From positions 180,001 through 212,000 of the forward strand of contig NC_007484.1 of NCBI RefSeq assembly GCF_000012805.1: 32,000 nt of DNA, read 5' to 3'. Below the pieces are notes generated by a model. That model did not search any database. It was not told where the DNA came from and was given only the letters and a program-made list of their open reading frames with translations. The stretch comes from Nitrosococcus oceani ATCC 19707 (lineage in GTDB: Bacteria > Pseudomonadota > Gammaproteobacteria > Nitrosococcales > Nitrosococcaceae). Below are positions 28,097-32,000 of the stretch, piece by piece (within the stretch, counting starts at the first letter, position 1; every line of letters begins with the position of its first letter). The translations under genes and the position numbers were made by a program.

Positions 28097-28168
28097 GCCG
28101 GGTTAGCACAGTGGTAGTGCAGCGGTTTTGTAAACCGAAGGTCGGGGGTTCAAATCCCTCACCCGGCA
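28097..28168 (+). tRNA. tRNA-Thr (anticodon UGU)
   Basis: Hand-folded cloverleaf. Acceptor stem GCCGGGT/ACCCGGC, D stem GCAC/GTGC, anticodon loop TTTGTAA, T arm GGGGG-TTCAAAT-CCCTC, discriminator A. The 3' CCA is not encoded. Confidence 0.9.
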
Positions 28169-28216
28169 CCGATATTGCTTTGTTTTCAATCTTCACAATA
28201 ATTTTTTCTTCTTGAT

Positions 28217-29287
28217 ATGCGTCTTGTTCGCAACTGGTTTCAGCGTCATTTTGCCGATCCTCAGGTAGTAGGTTTGGCAATTTTGCTCGCCGTCGGTTTC
28301 ATCACCGTGGTGCTTATGGGGCGTATGCTGGCACCCGTGCTTGCTAGTTTGGTGATCGCTTACCTTTTAGAGGGAATTATAGGGTATATGGAGCGGTGGC
28401 ATTGTCCTCGCTGGTTGGCGGTGACCCTGGTATTTATTACCTTCATGGCTGCTCTGTTTTCATTAATATTCGGTTTGTTACCTTTACTCTCACAGCAATT
28501 AACCGAGTTCTTCCAGCAGCTACCCGTTATGATTGCCCGAGGGCAAGAGCTCTTACTGAGCCTGCCTGAATATTATCCGAATTTGTTTTCTGGTGAGCAA
28601 GTCTATGATTTGATGAGCGCGCTTCGTTCCGAGCTTGCCCAATGGGGGCAGAAGGTACTTTCCGTGTCCTTAGCTTCGGTAGTGGGCCTGATAACACTCG
28701 CCGTGTATCTTGTTATCATGCCATTGCTGGTGTTTTTCTTCCTTAAGGACAAGGCCCGGCTCATTGGCTGGCTTGAGCAATATCTCCCGCGGGAGCGAAA
28801 ACTAGCTGCTCAAGTTTGGCATGACGTAGATTTTCAGATCGGAAACTATGTCCGGGGGAAATTCCTTGAGATTCTAATTGTATGTGCAGTGACTGCTATC
28901 ACTTTTACTTTCATGGGGTTGCAGTTCTCAATGCTATTGAGCGTTCTGGTGGGATTGTCAGTTATTATTCCCTATATTGGCGCGGTTGCGGCTACTCTAC
29001 CGGTAGCTTTTGTTGCCTACTTCCAATGGGGATTTAGCATTGATTTCGCTTATTTGCTTGGCGCCTATGGGATTATCCAGGCTTTGGACGGTAATGTCCT
29101 AGTGCCCTTGCTGTTTGCTGAAGTGGTAGATTTGCACCCAGTAGCGATTATTGTGGCTATCTTGGTTTTTGGTGGGTTTTGGGGTTTCTGGGGAATCTTC
29201 TTTGCTATTCCTCTGGCTACTCTCGTACAGGCGGTACTTAAGGCTTGGCCTAGCCTTCCCCCTCCAGAAGAGTCCACTATACTTTAG
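28217..29287 (+). CDS. AI-2E family transporter (PerM/YhhT, UPF0118)
   Basis: 356 aa with about 8 hydrophobic spans. It has the family-typical FFFLKD, GKFLEIL and IPYIG blocks and a C-terminal AIPLA segment. Confidence 0.8.
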   Translation: MRLVRNWFQRHFADPQVVGLAILLAVGFITVVLMGRMLAPVLASLVIAYLLEGIIGYMERWHCPRWLAVTLVFITFMAALFSLIFGLLPLLSQQLTEFFQQLPVMIARGQELLLSLPEYYPNLFSGEQVYDLMSALRSELAQWGQKVLSVSLASVVGLITLAVYLVIMPLLVFFFLKDKARLIGWLEQYLPRERKLAAQVWHDVDFQIGNYVRGKFLEILIVCAVTAITFTFMGLQFSMLLSVLVGLSVIIPYIGAVAATLPVAFVAYFQWGFSIDFAYLLGAYGIIQALDGNVLVPLLFAEVVDLHPVAIIVAILVFGGFWGFWGIFFAIPLATLVQAVLKAWPSLPPPEESTIL

Positions 29288-29602
29288 CTGATAGGTGATT
29301 TTGGCATTTTTAGAAGGGAAGCGCCCTGAGATGTCGACGGACTGTGGGAGTCTTGGATTGCAGGATTACGACTCAGGACTAATACCACCATTAAGCGGAG
29401 ATATCCAACATTTTCATTTTGCCTAATGGATATTACCTGCTTGGAGTTCTCCACCCTTAAAGGGCACCTTAAGCCGTTTACCTAATGGGCGCTTTTAGAC
29501 AAATGGTTATAGCGCAATATTTTTTCGGCTGAGGTCGTGGTTTTCTTTGCGGAAAATTTATGAAATTCAATCAATTGAATAGGACTCCCTGGAGGTATAT
29601 AA

Positions 29603-30415
29603 ATGGCAATGTTCTCTCTGCTGTTGCAGCCTGATGAGCTAGTGCGGCGGTTGGATGAAAAAAATTTGCTGCTCATTGATCTTGGTAGCGAAGAATCCTA
29701 TCTTGCGCGCCATGTACCTGGTGCGGTACACCTTGATTACACTCATATCGTAGCGGCTCGTCCCCCGGTGATGGGGCTTTTGCCTGATGAGCATCGTTTA
29801 AGCCGGGTGCTGTCCCAGCTAGGATTTACGCCGGAGAGCCATGTAGTTGCTTATGACGCTGAGGGGAATGGCCGTGCTTCTCGTCTTCTCTGGACGCTGG
29901 AAGAGTTAGGGCATAAGCATTTTTCGTTGCTTGATGGGGGATTGAAGGCATGGTTAGTTGAAGAGTGCCCGGTAAAGGAAGGGCGGGAGAGCCGGCAGCC
30001 CAGTCACTTTCATGGGCGCTATCAGGGTCATCAAGCGGCTGATAAGGAATATATTTTGGCCCATTTATTAGATCCTAAAGTCGTAATTTTAGACGCCCGT
30101 TCTCCGGCTGAATATCATGGCGAATATGTCCGCGCCCAACGGGGGGGGCATATTCCAGGCGCGGTAAATTTTGAGTGGACTCAGGCCATTGACCAGGAGC
30201 GCAATTTGCGATTTAAACCCATGGATGAACTGCGTTCCAGCTTGGAAGCTTTGGGGATTACTCCCGACAAGGAAGTTATTTGCTATTGCCAGACTCACCA
30301 TCGCTCAGCCCATACTTGTATGGTACTGAAATATTTAGGATATCCCAAAATTAAGGGCTACCCAGGTTCTTGGTCGGAGTGGGGGAACGCTCCGGATACG
30401 CCTATTAAAGTGTAA
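29603..30415 (+). CDS. Tandem-rhodanese sulfurtransferase (thiosulfate/3-mercaptopyruvate type)
   Basis: Two rhodanese domains. The second carries the active-site loop CYCQTHHRS, preceded by GHIPGA and followed by GYPGSWSEW. Confidence 0.8.
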   Translation: MAMFSLLLQPDELVRRLDEKNLLLIDLGSEESYLARHVPGAVHLDYTHIVAARPPVMGLLPDEHRLSRVLSQLGFTPESHVVAYDAEGNGRASRLLWTLEELGHKHFSLLDGGLKAWLVEECPVKEGRESRQPSHFHGRYQGHQAADKEYILAHLLDPKVVILDARSPAEYHGEYVRAQRGGHIPGAVNFEWTQAIDQERNLRFKPMDELRSSLEALGITPDKEVICYCQTHHRSAHTCMVLKYLGYPKIKGYPGSWSEWGNAPDTPIKV

Positions 30416-30422
30416 AAAAACA

Positions 30423-31235
30423 ATGACATCGCTGCCTCATCTGAAAATCGCGAATGATCGCAGCGAATTTATTAATGTGCTGCAGTTAACGGATTCCCAT
30501 TTGCTGGCGGATTCGGAGGCTTTTTTATGGAACGATTTAAATACTCGTAGGTCGTTGGTGGCAGTTCTTAACCATATTCAGCAACAGGGGCTGCTGGGAG
30601 ACCTGATGGTGATCAGTGGCGATATTGCCGAAAAAGCTGAACCGGAAGCGTATTATTGGCTGCTGGAGCGTTGCCAAGAACTAGGGCTGCCGGTCTATTG
30701 TCTTCCCGGAAATCATGACGATCCAGTGCTTATGGATGAGATTCTAAATGGGATGAACGTTAGCACCGAGTCTTTAGTGACACTCAAAAACTGGCAGCTT
30801 ATTTTTCTCAATTCTGTTGTTACTCAGCGAAGCCATGGACATTTAAGCAAAGGACAATTGGGGTTTCTTAACCGTAGTCTAGCCGATAGTCTAGATTTGA
30901 ATACGCTAATTTTCCTTCACCATCCTCCCGTAGCCCTAGGAAGTCCTTGGATGGATGCCATGGGAGTGGATAACGCAGCAGATTTTTTTGCAGTACTGGA
31001 TTTGTACCCCCAGGTGCGGGGTGTTGCCTGGGGCCATGCCCATCAAGAATTTCATACCGAGCGCCAAGGGGTTCAATTATTGGGTAGTCCTTCTACCTGC
31101 GTCCAATTTGTTCCTGGCAGTGAGCATTTTCAACTGGACCAGCGAGGACCGGGTTATCGTTGGTTGATATTATTGCCCGGTGGTCAAATTGAGACTCGGG
31201 TTTATTATGTGGATTGCCCCCCTCCTGCTCGATAG
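30423..31235 (+). CDS. cpdA: 3',5'-cyclic-nucleotide phosphodiesterase CpdA (metallophosphoesterase)
   Basis: Metallophosphoesterase motifs occur in order: LTDSH, SGDI, GNHD, LHHPP, GHAH. Confidence 0.85.
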   Translation: MTSLPHLKIANDRSEFINVLQLTDSHLLADSEAFLWNDLNTRRSLVAVLNHIQQQGLLGDLMVISGDIAEKAEPEAYYWLLERCQELGLPVYCLPGNHDDPVLMDEILNGMNVSTESLVTLKNWQLIFLNSVVTQRSHGHLSKGQLGFLNRSLADSLDLNTLIFLHHPPVALGSPWMDAMGVDNAADFFAVLDLYPQVRGVAWGHAHQEFHTERQGVQLLGSPSTCVQFVPGSEHFQLDQRGPGYRWLILLPGGQIETRVYYVDCPPPAR

Positions 31236-31315
31236 GCGGTGACTGCCGCAGTCTGGGCTTTTCTGGGTTCGGGGGAGCAGAATTCAAAGCAAGTAGAAGA
31301 AGATTTTGCTGAAGG

Positions 31316-31726
31316 ATGTCTAAGCCAACCTTTTTTGTAGTTGCTGTAGCTGTGTTTCTGGTTCACGATAACCGTTTTCTTGCTTTGCGCCGCAGTACTT
31401 CCAAGGCTGTAGCGCCAGGGGCATGGGAGGTGATTTCAGGCAAAGTCGAGCGGGGCGAATTACCCCATGAAACCGCCCGGCGGGAAACCTATGAGGAAAC
31501 AGGGATAACGGTTGCTTTGGATGAGCGGCCTGTCACCACCTATCAGGCTGATTATGGCATGGCTCCTATGATAGTGTTGGTCTACCGTGGAAAAAGGCTA
31601 GCAGGGGAGGCTTCTCTTTCCAGCGAGCATGAGGCCATGGCTTGGGTAACCGAGGATGAATTTGCTCAATTGTGCCTCTATGGGGAACTCGTGGAGGCAG
31701 CCCGGTGGGCCCTTAAGGTGCCCTGA
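31316..31726 (+). CDS. Nudix hydrolase
   Basis: Nudix box GKVERGELPHETARRETYEETGI (GX5EX7REUXEEXGU). Confidence 0.85.
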   Translation: MSKPTFFVVAVAVFLVHDNRFLALRRSTSKAVAPGAWEVISGKVERGELPHETARRETYEETGITVALDERPVTTYQADYGMAPMIVLVYRGKRLAGEASLSSEHEAMAWVTEDEFAQLCLYGELVEAARWALKVP

Positions 31727-32000
31727 TGAAAGTTTAGTGGCGAATTTATCTTTCAAAAAAGAGCGCTGTTTTCCCTTAGAAAGGATTCCGCCGGCAGATC
31801 ACGCAGCTGCCAGCCTTAAGTCTGAACTGTTTCCTCCAACCACGCCCGTATCTGCCCTCCATTCGCTTTATCCATAAACTTTATATGGTTTGGTCTAATC
31901 CCCAGCGGTTCCCTAGCCATATGCTTATTTCCCTGGCAGCGTTTTCACCACCGCTTAAAGATCCTCTCTGAAACTGAAGACTGCATCGCACTAATCCTTG

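Noticed and set aside
31656-32000. 73-aa + ORF overlapping the Nudix 3' end, and the apparently non-coding last ~270 bp.
   Set aside because: The ORF has no ribosome-binding site or motif and overlaps a supported gene. The tail of the window is too short to interpret.

Overview
About 85% of this window is a gammaproteobacterial chromosomal core. My unverified guess from gene order and protein style is a Chromatiales or Nitrosococcus-like organism. The core includes a long co-directional housekeeping run: gyrA, serC, a serA-like dehydrogenase, pheA, hisC, tyrA, aroA, a HAD phosphatase, cmk, rpsA and ihfB. After it come a DUF498-like gene, convergent rpoS and fdxA, lapA-lapB, arsC, wrbA, birA-coaX, tRNA-Thr(UGU), a PerM-type permease, a rhodanese, cpdA and a Nudix hydrolase. 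The unusual part is a 4.5 kb accessory segment (about 2360-6817) between a cytochrome c-FTR1 iron permease gene and apt. It starts with a decayed IS5-family transposase fragment. It then holds + strand ORF groups, each ending in a 61-73 bp imperfect palindrome with integron attC-like ends (RYYYAAC ... GTTRRRY). No integrase is present in the window, so I read it as an integrase-less cassette array (CALIN-like). The cargo has four parts: (1) a GDCCVxC zinc-ribbon protein plus a C-terminally short MerF-like transporter; (2) a translationally coupled pair of a 137-aa 2-TM protein and a 454-aa KLC-type TPR protein, whose gene contains eight near-identical 126-bp tandem units; (3) a RelE/ParE-type toxin with an XRE antitoxin; (4) a frameshifted hicA with an intact hicB. 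The 2-TM + TPR cassette is my best candidate for an undescribed system, possibly defence-like, but that is inference only. All family calls come from reading motifs in the supplied translations. No searches were run.
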